A stretch of 63,481 nt of DNA, the filler included, from Octopus bimaculoides (taxonomy: Eukaryota): assembly GCF_001194135.2 (NCBI RefSeq). It is 3 parts of 3 records of this genome, joined end to end, with 100 filler letters (N's around TTAATTAATTAA, not from the genome) between each part and the next. Parts side by side here need not be neighbours in the genome. Positions count along the whole stretch, not along the records: positions 1 to 30,520 come from NC_068990.1; 2 more parts are not named here. One strand, 5' to 3'. The position numbers and the translations under genes were made by a program. Under the pieces are notes generated by a model that saw only the letters and a list, made by a program, of their open reading frames with translations, did no database searches and was not told where the DNA came from. Position 1 is the stretch's first letter. Every line of letters starts with the position of its first letter. Shown piece by piece: positions 1 through 13,700 of the stretch.

Positions 1-739
1 AGAAGGCAAGCGAGGATGAAAAGAAAAAAAAAACGGAGAATTGGTGCACAATTACAAATACAAACAACAGGACAGTAACAACAGGTGTCTTTCGACTAAG
101 GACGAATTAAATTAAGGTGGCGTAGAAGATGAAAGTCATGGGTAGAAATACGAGAGATGCTGAGATACGAGAGAACCAAGAAAGAAAAGTCAGGCTTGTA
201 TTTTCTGCTTCTGAAGTAACCAAGAGGAATTCCCTCAATTAATGGAAAAAAAAATCTATCAAAACTGACCCAAAAGCTTTGCACTTGTTATTTCTTAACG
301 GTCTATAGTAATATATTCGTAAAAGTTGTTTAATATATCACATTAAAGTCAGCGACGCAAGCTAGAATTATCGTTGAAGTATGTATGTGGTGATAAATCG
401 TTCTTTCAACAAGTGGCCATGTATAAAAAGAAATCGATTTCTCTTTGAAACAAAACTGCTTCGTACAACAACGATTAAAATTTTCCTCTCTTGGGAATAA
501 GTATCCTATTCATTGTGTTTATTTTATTGTAACTTTGGTGTTATCTCTGGTGTTACCGGATGAAAATTTGAGTTAAGAGTTATTGTTTGTTTACAATCTT
601 CTATTTGAAAAATTTAAGGCAGCAAGTTCGTCATGAAACCTCTTCTTTCTTCCCGTTAACGTTTTTCTTCTAAATTCTCACTCACTTAGAGCGGCCTTTT
701 CGTGTCATACCCTCTGTTTTTCTGTTTCCTTCATATCTT

Positions 740-785
740 CGTTACCTGCTCTCACCTACTATCTTTCATATCTTCCTGCTTTTTC

Positions 786-828
<43 letters not shown>

Positions 829-1132
829 CTATCATGTCTTCCTCTTTTCCTTCCTTTCTCTCGCTCTCCCACTCCCTTCTCTCCCTCTCTCTCTTTCTTC
901 CCGCTATCATATTTCGTGTAACTTTTCACTCACAGTGGCCTTTTTCGTTCCATACTCTCTCTTTTTCTCTTTCCTTCATATCTTCATCACCTGCTCTTCC
1001 CCTCACTCTTTCATATCTTCCTCTTTTTCTCTCCTCTTTCCCTCTCTTTCGTATATTCCTCCTTTTCTCGCGTATCTTTCACTCCCTTTGTCTCTCTCTA
1101 CCTTAACCTCTCTCCTTCTCATCTCTCCCTCT
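740..1132. repeat. CT-rich low-complexity polypyrimidine tract including (CT)n at about 789-825
   Basis: Read directly; the S/L/F-rich ORFs 702..1106 and 935..1258 are its translation. Confidence 0.9.
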
Positions 1133-1378
1133 TGCAACAGCCTGGGCTTTAAAGGCCCACAATACTTGAATATCCTCCCGAAGGACCTGAGACTCCTGCA
1201 CGAGGTGGATATGTTTGCAAAACAAAATAAATCTCTTACTGTCAAGTGTCCCAGATGAACCAACTTCACAGCAGGAAGTGGAAATTAGGACAGCGCCGTC
1301 AAACGACCTCATGCACCAAATATTAAGTTCTAGAAATGGCAATGCCCCAGCTTGGCCACAGCTCGTGAGTTGAAACTA
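1133..1378 (+). mobile_element. 3' end fragment of a CR1/L2-group LINE ORF2 (frameshifted)
   Basis: CNSLGFKGPQYLNILPKDLR, then in another frame SSVPDEPTSQQEVEIRTAPSNDLMHQ; resembles the GP.LFN.LP...VPD.P...SNSL..Q C-terminus of invertebrate CR1/L2-like ORF2 (recall, not searched). Confidence 0.6.
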
Positions 1379-1957
1379 GTTCAATATAATTCATATTCAG
1401 ATACACACACAGACACACGCGCGCAAGCACACACACATACATATATGATTTATATATACATATATGTGTACATATATATATACATGCATATATATATATA
1501 CATATACATATATATATATATATATATAATACTATATACATATATGTATAATACATACATACATACATATGTATATNNNNNNNNNNNNNNNNNNNNNNNN
1601 NNNNNNNNNNNNNNNNNNNNNNNNNNNNNNNNNNNNNNNNNNNNNNNNNNNNNNNNNNNNNNNNNNNNNNNNNNNNNNNNNNNNNNNNNNNNNNNNNNNN
1701 NNNNNNNNNNNNNNNNNNNNNNNNNNNNNNNNNNNNNNNNNNNNNNNNNNNNNNNNNNNNNNNNNNNNNNNNNNNNNNNNNNNNNNNNNNNNNNNNNNNN
1801 NNNNNNNNNNNNNNNNNNNNNNNNNNNNNNNNNNNNNNNNNNNNNNNNNNNNNNNNNNNNNNNNNNNNNNNNNNNNNNNNNNNNNNNNNNNNNNNNNNNN
1901 NNNNNNNNNNNNNNNNNNNNNNNNNNNNNNNNNNNNNNNNNNNNNNNNNNNNNNNNN

Positions 1958-1993
<36 letters not shown>

Positions 1994-3289
1994 TGTATAT
2001 ACATATATATATATACACATATATATGCATGTGTTTGAGTGTGTGTGTGTGCTGTATGTTTTGCAGAATTGTAGACAGAGAAGCGAGGTTATTTTTCCGA
2101 TGTCACAATACTTATTTATTCTTAAGAATTACATCAAAGATTTGTAATACTACCGCTGGTGTACAGTATTTCCTGTATCCAGCAGATCTTATATTATCTC
2201 GATGTTATGACATCCGGTGTCTGTCCCTTATGAAGTTGACTATAATTATTTGTTTCTGTATGAAGGCGAAATGAAATCACTGTTCTAACTCATAATTTAT
2301 TTTATTCCGACGAGTTTCGCATATAAGGATAGAATTAGTTTTGAACTTAATAGAAGAATTATACGACTAGAAGACAAATCTTGAACATTTAACAAGTGTT
2401 ATTTCTCAGTCTCTTTTATAATAAAGTTGAAACAAATATTATTTCTCTGTTTTATTAAACACATGTGTGGACCATACACATATAATATACGCCAAAATTC
2501 CTTGAGATATTCGTGCTTTTTGATATGTTTCGTTGGTTTTAAAATATTTGTAGCTTTTACACTAAATGTGTTGATTACTAATGTGTTGGTTACTTGCGGT
2601 GAGCTTACCTGTATGTTAACGTTGACTAAGGAAACTAATTTTGAAACTATTTTCAGTTATGACCCCTTCCCTCGACCAGTTGTTTTGAAGGCATCTAAGA
2701 CTACATTATTCAATGTATCCTTGCTATGAGATGCATCAATTGTCACTTTTTCAACCTGTTTTTGGTTGGCATTTACCAATTCCTCTCTTCCTTGATGTAG
2801 TTCACATTCTACCACATACCTTCCAGCTTTGACAAACTCGAGTTATTGTAGTTTTCTAGAACTATCTTACACAATGTATATTTTAGTGTTTAAACGGTTA
2901 GTGTAGTTTGAGGGCGATTTGACTGCGATTTCCAACATATATGTGACCAAGTAGAGACTTCTGGTTTGTTTCCAAAGCGTTAAAATAAATAATACACAAT
3001 AAACTCAATAAACTGTATTTTTATACAAATAGAAAAAGAAATGATGTTAATACTGTGATTCTCTTCTAATATGCATCTAATAAAGCATTGGGATTGATTA
3101 TTTGTAAGATTTTCACTACTAAAAATTCTGTCAGGTTAAGTTATTTGTTAAACAGGAATTCACTTTTTACCAAAAAATGTTCATTTTACCATTACATGCA
3201 ATATGAAATAAGAGCCTAACACACCAAAGATTACATATTATTGTTTAACAAATATATTACAGATGTTTAATTACATATTTTGCATAAAT

Positions 3290-3990
3290 ATTTCTTTCAA
3301 ACTAGAATTTTATTTACTCAAGGAGTGAAGTTTCCCTTTGCTCCTTTGCGTGAAACGATAGTCATCCACTATGTTTGTATTCCATCTGCCTTGATACCTA
3401 GTCACAATGGTCTCGATGTCTTGATAGAATATTTCTCCTTGTTTATCACATATTATACTATGACTTTCAGGGAAATAGTCCAGTTGTTGACTGTGCAGGA
3501 ATGCACTTTTATATTCATGTCACAACCAAGTGCTCGAAAATTGGTTAACACAGCCTGCACTAATTCTTCATAATTTGATAACACCTTGTTTCCAAGGATA
3601 TCAGACTCAACAGCATCAAAAGTATTCTTTTTAAACGACAGACATTGCCTCCAAAATTGTTCGTCCTACAATAACTACCTAATCTGTGCCTCGTCAAGCG
3701 CACCAAACTTAATTTTTTCACAAATCAAAGCTAGAAATGTTATACTTGAATCAGTCGTCGCTGTCTCAGTCTTTCAATACATATTTTACACATTATTTGG
3801 GGTGCCCAGATTTCGTCTTGTCAGTTTCCTTCCAAATAGTTGGGTCTGCATTTGATGAAGCCAAATTCATCCGTACAAATGGTGACAGTACTGGTTATGT
3901 TGAAAGACAGACATTTAGGTTTGTGAAAAATCTTGATAAAGTAAGATGGATTTCATTTTTGAAACCGCCACCTCAATGTTACTAGAAAAT
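3290..3990 (-). mobile_element. Decayed, internally deleted Chapaev3-like (CMC) DNA transposase
   Basis: Minus-strand pieces QDEIWAPQIMCKICIERLRQ, KIKFGALDEAQIR, ILGNKVLSNYEELVQAVLTNFRALGCDMNIKVH and LDYFPES..DKQGEIFYQDIETIVTRYQGRWN match the WAPH.C..C and MSLKIHFLHSHLDFFP..SDEQGERFHQDI..ME.RYQG.W family motifs; many stops and frameshifts. The family motifs are firm, the superfamily name less so. Confidence 0.7.
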
Positions 3991-4028
3991 ATGTCTTCAA
4001 CATCAGAAACAAAGTCTATGACCCACAG

Positions 4029-4077
<49 letters not shown>

Positions 4078-7000
4078 CGTACTTGTAAAAATGGTGATAA
4101 ATGTATATGGATATATATATATACATGAGTGTGTGTGAGTGAATGCATGTGTATGTATATATATACATACACAGACGCACACACATACACACATAAATTG
4201 TAGCATCACCTCTTTTGTCCAGACGAAACGCATATGTTCAGTAATTTTCAATATTCAGCAACAAAAATAACAGTACAACACTGCTGATGCTAAACTGATC
4301 CAATCTATAGAAAATTATATTAACCATATTAATTTTCACTTTGTAATGTTGTACCAAATCATGGACACAGGTGACGTACAATTACTTCAAAGGAACGATG
4401 ATTAAAATTAAAGTTACAAGTTAGATTTATATAGCCTGCTGTGTTTACATACTAAAAGAAGTCTGTTCTAAACATCGTGTAATTTTATTGAAAGCAATAT
4501 ACTGCATTATAACGGCATAGAATACTTACATAATAATATTTGCATATTAGGACATAACATAGTAGAATACCTTGTATCATAATATTTGAATATTAGGGCA
4601 TAATGTGTTTGCATATATATTATTGTAATGTTAGACTGGTAGAACGAAAAATACCTTATATATTAATATCGGCATATTGATATATTCTATATTCCATATA
4701 TCGCAATATTAGAGTAGTAGGGCTTCTACAAATAGCATATTAAGGCACCTTATAACAACTTGCATATTAAGATGTTTATCTTATACCCTAGTATTAGTAT
4801 AGTAGGAATAATAGAATATCTTACGTCATTAAAATAGTGATTGGAGTAGGAATAGCCCACGGCGTCACTTCTGCATCAAGAACAACTAGTTTAGTGAGAA
4901 GAGAAAACATAGTATAGTGAGCCATACTTACCATAGACCAGAGTAGCTTCTTACAACTCACTGCCTTTCGAATAAGTTTACCTTCCTTCCATTTGTTGGC
5001 CAGAATTCAACCATTAAAACCGTTACTTGGTCTTCTCATTAAGAATGAAATTTTAATTAAATAAAATTTCTTTGGGGTCACTATATCATGTATAATAACC
5101 AACCCATATGTATACTTACTGTAAATAGCTTAAATTATGAAATACACGGACATATGTATAACAAGGTATATTATACATATGTTATGATATGTTCTACATA
5201 TATTATAATGAGTCATTTTATTTTAGTCATCACGTATATGACCATGCTGGAGTAACCTCTTCGAATGATGTATAATTATTTCCCAGCTAAAAGATGTTAA
5301 TTTTGTAATATTGTAATATTCATATGATCAGAGAAAAATTATGAGAAACACGACAAATGAGTGGATAAATCTGTATCATAAGACTATGGGTATTTATAAT
5401 TCAGCGAGGATAAGAACACATAATTGCTTATAGCTTGCTTGAAGGCTACGCTGTCCCCAATATTCATGGAAGATTTTTGGAGTAGAGAGGGGTTTTAACG
5501 GTTTGCTATACAATCAGCTTTATTGATTTCTTTTGCACAAAGTTTTAATACTAGCAGCAGTAGTGATGGTAATGGTAATAGTGAATTTGAATAAGTGTAG
5601 TTGTGGTAGAAGTGCAGGTATTAGTAAAAATTATTATGATAGTAATGAAAAGATTATGATAGAAGCAGTGGTAAAGTTAATTTCAATGCTTGATAGTAGT
5701 CGAGAGGAAAATAATAAAAATGATACTGACGATAGTGGATTAAAACAATGCAACGAAGTTCATAATTGCAATACGTACTGTTAAAATGTGATAGAGGTGC
5801 TGAAGTGAAGATAAAAATACTGGCATATTGTATTTTTTATTTTTGTCTATTTGCAGGATCTGTAACGCCTATGATCTGTCAGGCCTACACTGATCTGTCA
5901 GGCCTATGAAGAAAATCGTATAAATAAAAGGGCATAACTATAGATGTATACAACCCCGAATTTGTTGCCTCATAACATCTAGAAAAATGAATACATTTTA
6001 ACGAAACTTTCTACACATACTGCTTAGATGTTGTGGCTTCAGAGTATATTTATCCTCATCATAGTGCTAAAGAATAATTATGGTGTCAGTTGTAAAGTAG
6101 GCTGTGTGTATATCTGGGAGTATTGAACAGTTGGATATGATGCATTAAGTTAGTTGGTTTTCTTTTCGAAAGATTTCAGAGGTTTTATATTTTAATCTCC
6201 TTCAAATAGCATCCTACTATCTGAAACTGAGCATAATGTATTACTAGATAATCTATGTCTGAAAATATTTTGTGCATGTTACAAGTGGACTATATTTAAT
6301 CAATGTATTATTTACTTACAGTAAAGAGCTATGCGCCATATTCTCTCTATCAATTCTCTCAAACTAACTCATAAATTTCCTCTCAATCAACTATGACGGG
6401 AGAATATTCTTAGACGTTTCATTTTACTTCATTGTAGCTAATTACATTTTGATCATCTTCAGATAGAACTTAGATACGCCGGTATTTATACAACTGCGCG
6501 AGATAAATTTATCTAATGGAGAGAGTAGGTGTTATGTGATTTAGATTTATAAGCAGAGTGAAAATAAACAGAAGCTATGCATTAAGACACCTTTTGCAGT
6601 CAGATTTAGGCGTTAGTGATTTCCAGAGTCTATTTGCCTTGTTTTCTGAGTATTTCATTCAGGCATATATAACGAGACACAAGTGCATGCAATTTATTCT
6701 TCACATCTCAGCATTTTTATACAGTTTTCTTTATAATATACGCGTTTAAAGTAACACTTAAAGGGAAAATAAAGTATATTTGGTGTTAGATGTGATACTA
6801 ACAAATATGGAAGCTACTATTTGGTGACATGACAATGAGAATGAGGTGGATAAATTAGGAAAAATAAAACAATGATAACATATAATAATAAATGTGTTGA
6901 TATAAAAAGCGGATTCAATATGGATGAGTATGGTGGAAGAAAATCAATAATTTCATATATAAAGTAGTAACGATGACAAATTTCGTATTCAAAAATCTTA

Positions 7001-10000
7001 AACGCAAATGATATTCCACATATATTGATTTATTAAAATTTTCTTTTTAATGGGTTTAGGTATGGGACTACGGCTGTGCACTGGTACTGTCATCAAAAAT
7101 TTAATTGGTCATAACGAACTCGTTTCTTAATTCTGTACCTCTTACCACATCAATCACTGCTGGTTGAATTACTAAGTTATGAATCATAACGATAAACAAT
7201 ACCGTTTTCTAGGTCTGTGATGACTTTTCTTGAAACAAATGTACCAAAGTCATATAGGCAGTTTTTTAATCAGAATAGTATGGATGCTATTTAGTATTCC
7301 ACTGCACTTTCTCCGAGAAAAGTAAAATATGAAAAACGTGAATATCGAAAAAACGAAAACAAAAGATTCATTCAATCTTTTTCCCTTAGGTACGGTCTAC
7401 AATCCCTGTTTATTATTAATAAAACCAGAATATCAATTAAATGTACTGGGAAAATGAAAAAGTAAATATTTTTTCTAGATACAAGTAAATGTTGTCGATG
7501 ACAATTCACGGCAAATATTGAACCAAATGCAAACTTGAGAGAGATTTTTGGGTGAAATGCATCAGATACATGTGGAATTGGTTAACAATTAATTGAGCCC
7601 TGAATGATAGAAAGATATCAGTGTTAGAAACGCGTATATGAAGCTTGAAATCGCTTATTATGTTATATACACTAAATCATATATCCTGAATATGAAAAAC
7701 AATAAACTGAAAATTATTTACAGACTTTCGAATCGAAAAAAGTTGCTAATTTTTAGAAATATGAAAATTTGAAGAATATGAAAAAATCGAACTTAATATT
7801 TTTCCTGACAATTTTTAATATTGCAATAGTTACCACTTCCCATGACAGTTACTATCCACGTTATAAGAATAATACTACAACTGCTGTCAACAGCAGCACT
7901 AATATAAAATTATATGAAGTTAACTTCGATGGAAATACTAAAAAAAATTATGCGATAATCTTTTAGGAAAAAGTAAGAAAAACGAAGAAACAATGTAAAA
8001 ATAAATAAACAATCTATCTAGACTATTTATAAAATCATTGGACATTGCACGACAGCTCTGAAGGAAAAGTACAAATAATAATATAAATAGAAAAAATAAA
8101 ATAAAGAAATAAAATAATATATGAGTCTCTTTGAAATTTGTTTCTGTAATTCCTCCTGTTATATGAATCGAAGTTTATGGTATTATTAATAAAAATTTGA
8201 TTTTGTCACGTTTACAAAATCTTTTAAGCGTTTTAATCGTGTCTGGTGAAAGTAAAGAAATAATGCCAAAAAGAAAGTAATATGAAAAATATTAAGAAAT
8301 AAAAATTACAAATATAAGAATATTTAAATGTCTCAAGACAACTTGTGAGGGAGGTTTCTCATAACAAATAATACTAAATATTACTATTTTTTTCTGTCTT
8401 GAGGAATTTATCATGAAATCTTGTGAAATGCATTTATTAGTTATTTATTATTTTTATCATTATAATATGGTAAAAGAAAATAGTTTTCAGAATCGACAAA
8501 TGTTTGCCGATTTTAACCAAAGAATTCTTCACTGAGAGATTATATAAAATAGGGAATAACATATTCTTATGGGAAAATTCTTCGTTCTTTGACAAATGGA
8601 TTTTGAATTCCTTCTTTATAAAACGAAAACCAAATATAAGAAATAAGCATAGATGTGTTCACATTCCTATGGCATCGAGCTGGGGAATTTGTTTACAAAA
8701 AATACAGGAAACCCAAAAGGAAAATGGTAAAACAAACCAAACCGTATCTAGGAAAATGTGTTTTTTCATATATTTGTCATCCGATAGATTATCTTCTATG
8801 GAATTTCAAATCGATTTTGATATATATTTGCTTACCGTTAAAGTTCGTGTGGATTTACAAATGGCTTTCTGTATATGAGTGTTTACACGGTGGTTGTTGA
8901 AATGTATGTGCGGATACATGCATGTATTAGAGTGCAGCACATTCTCATATACGGTTGTGCAGTTTGCAAGCATACTCAACTACATATAGAAAAGAATTAG
9001 AATGTTGCTGGCTGTTTCTGTCAAGACTACGAACTAATCCATATCCAAACTGGTTCTTTACTATCTCAGCTGATACAGTACAATTTAATGAAAATAAGAA
9101 ACCTCTGTTCTCTCTACATTACATCAGCAGTGGTAATAATCACTAAAAATTTTGTACTGTAAAGTGAAGAAGTAACTATCATCTTAGATCAGGACTGAAA
9201 GCATGAAGAAAATTATACAAATGAAAACTAAAAGATACAGAAAGATTAAAAAATCGACAGGCATTACCAACTCACTCCTGTACAGATATAAATGCTATGT
9301 TAAAAAGCTTCTAAGATAAAAATATAAAATAAAAAAACTATGAATATCACGGAGAAATTTCTACGAGTGTTAAACGAAAGAATTCTAATGTATCGTAACC
9401 ATTTCACTATTGCAGCTATTCTCATATTCGTGATGGGCTTTAAACTTAAATTCGTAGTATAAATATCTCTAATGTGACAAGTTGTCTTTATGAGACGGCT
9501 AAGCCTATATTATTCCGTCAATAATGACTGATAACGAACATGAATTGTAGAACAGCACCACGGCGAACATTTACCAGTAGAAGGTAGCTAGTGCTTATAT
9601 TTTACCCCATTGATCATAGAAGCAATAATAGGAATAACTGGTGGATTATATTTATTTGGTTAGGGAAATGATTTAACTTTTAATCAAGTTCTACTTGATA
9701 ATATGGTTAGTAAAGATGGAGTTTTTAGGAAGAATTAGGGAAGTGACTGATGCATAATGTAAGGGTAACAAGAGGATAAGCGCGTAAATATAGATGCAAT
9801 AAGCATGCACGCACGCACGCACACACACACACACACATGTTTAAAGGGAACTAATTTTTTCCTTAGAATTTGTTCAAAACCATCTTTCTACTTTTAAAAT
9901 TGAATATTTAAACACATAAAAAGTATCCATCATAGGAGTCCCTTACGCCAGAAAGAACAGTTAAGTTCCTAGCCGCTATTAGGGATAAAATTTCGAAAGG

Positions 10001-11992
10001 AATGATGGATACCTCTTATGTGTCTAAATGTACACCGTATTTATATGAATAATACATAGTCTATAGACTAAATTTTTACACACTGGGCCACCGGTGGTAG
10101 AAATTTCTAATATTTCTATTACCCTTCGATATCATTTAAAATTGAATATATAAGACTAACCAATTTTCGTTTCGTCCAAATGATTTAGTTTCTTTCAATT
10201 ATCTTGTATTGTTTTTCATCCACTCTACTTATTTGTTTATTTATCTATTAAATGAAGTAGATCGATGTTCGATTCCTTATTCGGTGACATATACGAATCT
10301 ACAGAGCAGAAAGATGTCAGACATATTCCTGCTCAATGTTCTTGAAACTGATTCTAGATCATATAATACTTGCTCATTTACAGCGACAAAAAGCAATAAA
10401 TGACATTTCTGTTTGAATTAATTCAGGTTCGTTTAATTTTGTCTGTCTAGCTTCATCAATGTTAATCATATTACTTTATTGTTACTTTTACCTATTTTAC
10501 ATGACTCTAATTTTTCGTATAATCAAATACAAGGGTGGTTTTGCTTATCCCCATGTCAGCCCTGACGGAGCAGCCTTTCAACGCTCAAATCGTGATAATA
10601 GTCTCTGTTTATGGTTTTTTGTTTCCAGAACTACATTAGCTTCGATAAACACTTTTTAATGTTAGGTAGTGGTTTGAGTTAGATTTTGATGCTATTTATG
10701 ACATGTTGTGCAATATTGTAAGCTTTCCTCTTTGCAACGAGTCTTCAAAACTCAAACTCATTTCGGGTAAAGGGAAATTCTCGTATATTTATGCCTGGAA
10801 AAACTTAGCATCGTATTTTTCTATTAGTGTTTGCAGAGCAAATGAGATGTATTTAAATCAGTGATTACCGGAAGTAATTTATCAACTTTTATTTATCAAC
10901 TCAGCAAGTGTATGTGCTCGTGACTGTGCTTTGATATATGACTGGATATGTGACTGTGCTTGTGTGTGATTATATGTTGGTGCGTGTATATGTTTGTAAA
11001 TAATGACTTGCATTGTAAAGTACATAACATAATGTATGGTACTGTGCAGGGGTTTTCACTAAAGAAGGGGAATTGGAAAATTGAGTAGAATCATTCGTAT
11101 AGATGACGTGTATGAAAACAATATTTTGATGTGTGGAGGGTTGTCATCTCCTCTACTGGGCTATGTAGATATAATTAGTAACAGGTTCGTAGAAGGACGA
11201 GTTTGTGAATTATATGCGCAACACTGAAAATCATTGCATTAAATTAATGTTTCAGAGATTATTTAATCAAAAATACTGACAGGCGTCAGAGAAAATCATT
11301 ACTTTACATACAAAGACATCTGTGCCATTAAGTTCTCAATCCACCATTAAACTTACCTTTTTGCCGCTATTTCAAAATCCAAAGAACTCATGTTTGTGGA
11401 ACTGGCATTTATTTTAGCATTTGTTAAAAACGTAGGCACGCCATTTTGGAGTTAAATGTTTATAAATTTTACACTTTACGCCATATTTTCAATAAACTGT
11501 TGTCATTTGCTGATGCAGTACACAATTCCAAATGCCAGTTATAAAGATTGATATCACTCCTATATCTTTGTTTGACAATTTATAAGCGTGCTATGTTGCG
11601 TCTAATCTGAGAATTGTAAACGTAGTTTTGTGACAGCAGGCTCAAACTGCAGGAAATTATTATAAATCTTTCAATTTCCAATGTAATATTTTTACAGCTA
11701 TATGTAAACGTCTTCGTTATGTTTTGGACTGTTGTCAATATTATGGTTAAGCAACTAAAACTTAGTCGGAGAATGCACTCGGATGTAACTTTTGACAATC
11801 ATTGATTTGGTAGTCCTATTCTTACTTTGTATTATTTCCAAAATATTATTACCATTTCATTTCTGATTAGCCTCCTACAGAATGGTAAGCAGTTTATGAA
11901 ATTGCTATTTGCTACAAGGCCAGAAATTTTGATTAATCTATGGGCGGTGTTTAAAAGCTTTCATAACAGGAGAGTGAGACATTAAGAGTATG

Positions 11993-12069
<77 letters not shown>

Positions 12070-12196
12070 GTGTGTATTAATCTACATACAAATATATGTA
12101 TATATACATATATATATATGTATGTGTATGTATGTATACACACACATACACACATACACACACACACGCATACACACAAACACATATATATATATA

Positions 12197-12432
12197 CAGG
12201 TTTGGCCAAAAGTCAATCGGCAGTAAATCAAAATTCCATAATACTTAATATTCAATTTAATTTATTCATTCCAATTATGAATGTTTAATAATTGAAAGCT
12301 ATGAATTAAAAATTACCGTTTGTTTTCAACATTTGTCTAATTTTAGCGACGTCTCACATAAAATAATATTTTGTTTTAATCTTGGAATTAAATAATTTTG
12401 ATTTAATGTCAGGTGCCTTTTGGCCAACCCTG
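12197..12432. mobile_element. Tc1/mariner-type MITE, about 236 bp
   Basis: TIRs CAGGTTTGGCCAAAAG / CTTTTGGCCAACCCTG (1 mismatch); TA on the left flank, CA on the right. Confidence 0.7.
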
Positions 12433-13635
12433 CATATATTCATACATATGTACATATATGGATAAAGTTGTATTTGAAGTGCTACCAAATAAATTTAAAG
12501 TGACTTTCGACATAGAACAAGAAAGTAGGAATCATAGAGTCATAAAGTAAACAATGACAGTTAAAGGTTAAATAAATATTAAAGCTAATTTTTATTGCTG
12601 GTAATTGCATCAACCAAATACATCTTTCAAACACATAAACTATAGAAGTCTTACACATTTGCCATTTAGCTGTCATAGAATGATGGATATTGAGCATATT
12701 TACAAGCAGCTACGTTTTATATAGTCTTTTCGTCAGTGACCTGTATTAGCATTTGATTACTGTAGATAGGAGGCTTATCACTTTGAAATTAACTTGCCAC
12801 ATGTACTATCTAATTATTTTCCACTAACGTCCAGACGTTTAAGAATTAACTTTCGATTCTCTTTTACAGGTCTTCAAACGTAAGAAAACTTATTAAAATT
12901 AAAATATTCAGCAATTAATAGGAAATAAGGATTATAAGTAAACCTATCTCCTGGAATATTTCCTTAATGATAACTAAAACGGATTAAATTGCGGTCATAT
13001 AGTGAACAAATTACTGAAAATAACTGAAAGTAAATGCACTGTCCGTAAATTATGAAGGTGATTAAACAGACAACAAGATGTGCTCGAATAATTTCTGAAG
13101 TGTGGATTAATTAATGTTTATCCTGGTGAAATGTCGATCAAAGTTTAGAATTCATGAAGATCAAACGGTGATTAGATTGTGATTAATAGAGATTAGAGAT
13201 TTAACTGTCATCAAATATTGAATGAAGACTGGTAAAATGGATGATTAAACATTTATCATATGCAAATAAATTATCAAACGATAAAACAGCATGGTTAAAG
13301 TGTGATAAAATTATATGCAAACAAACAATCCCGCATGTAACTACACTGTGTAGGAAAAAAAAGAGGAAAAGAAACGTAAAATAGCTGAAAAACGTTGAAT
13401 AGAAAAACTGGTAACTGCGAAGAATAAAGTAAACAGCTATGTTAAATCGTTTTATTTTATTTTGTAACTTTTTTAAACACTGTTATTCTGAAGTAGGGTA
13501 TCTTTTTATAGTTCCAAGTGAATAGAAATTGTTATTTGCAAAGAAATGTAACAATTTCGATCGATTCTGGAGGAAAAATGTATAGAATATTCATTGAAAT
13601 ACTCTCAGAAAACGGCAGATGCCATTAATCCTGTG

Positions 13636-13700
13636 TTATATGTTGTATTCCATCTCTTGGCAGAATTCTACAACTAATCCTATTTCATGCTTTGGATCCA
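13636..13700 (-). CDS. Candidate terminal coding exon (VDPKHEIGLVVEFCQEMEYNI* if entered in phase 1), product unknown
   Basis: Strong minus-strand acceptor ctttctttttctccttttcag at 13701-13721; frame uncertain, no homology recognised. Confidence 0.25.
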
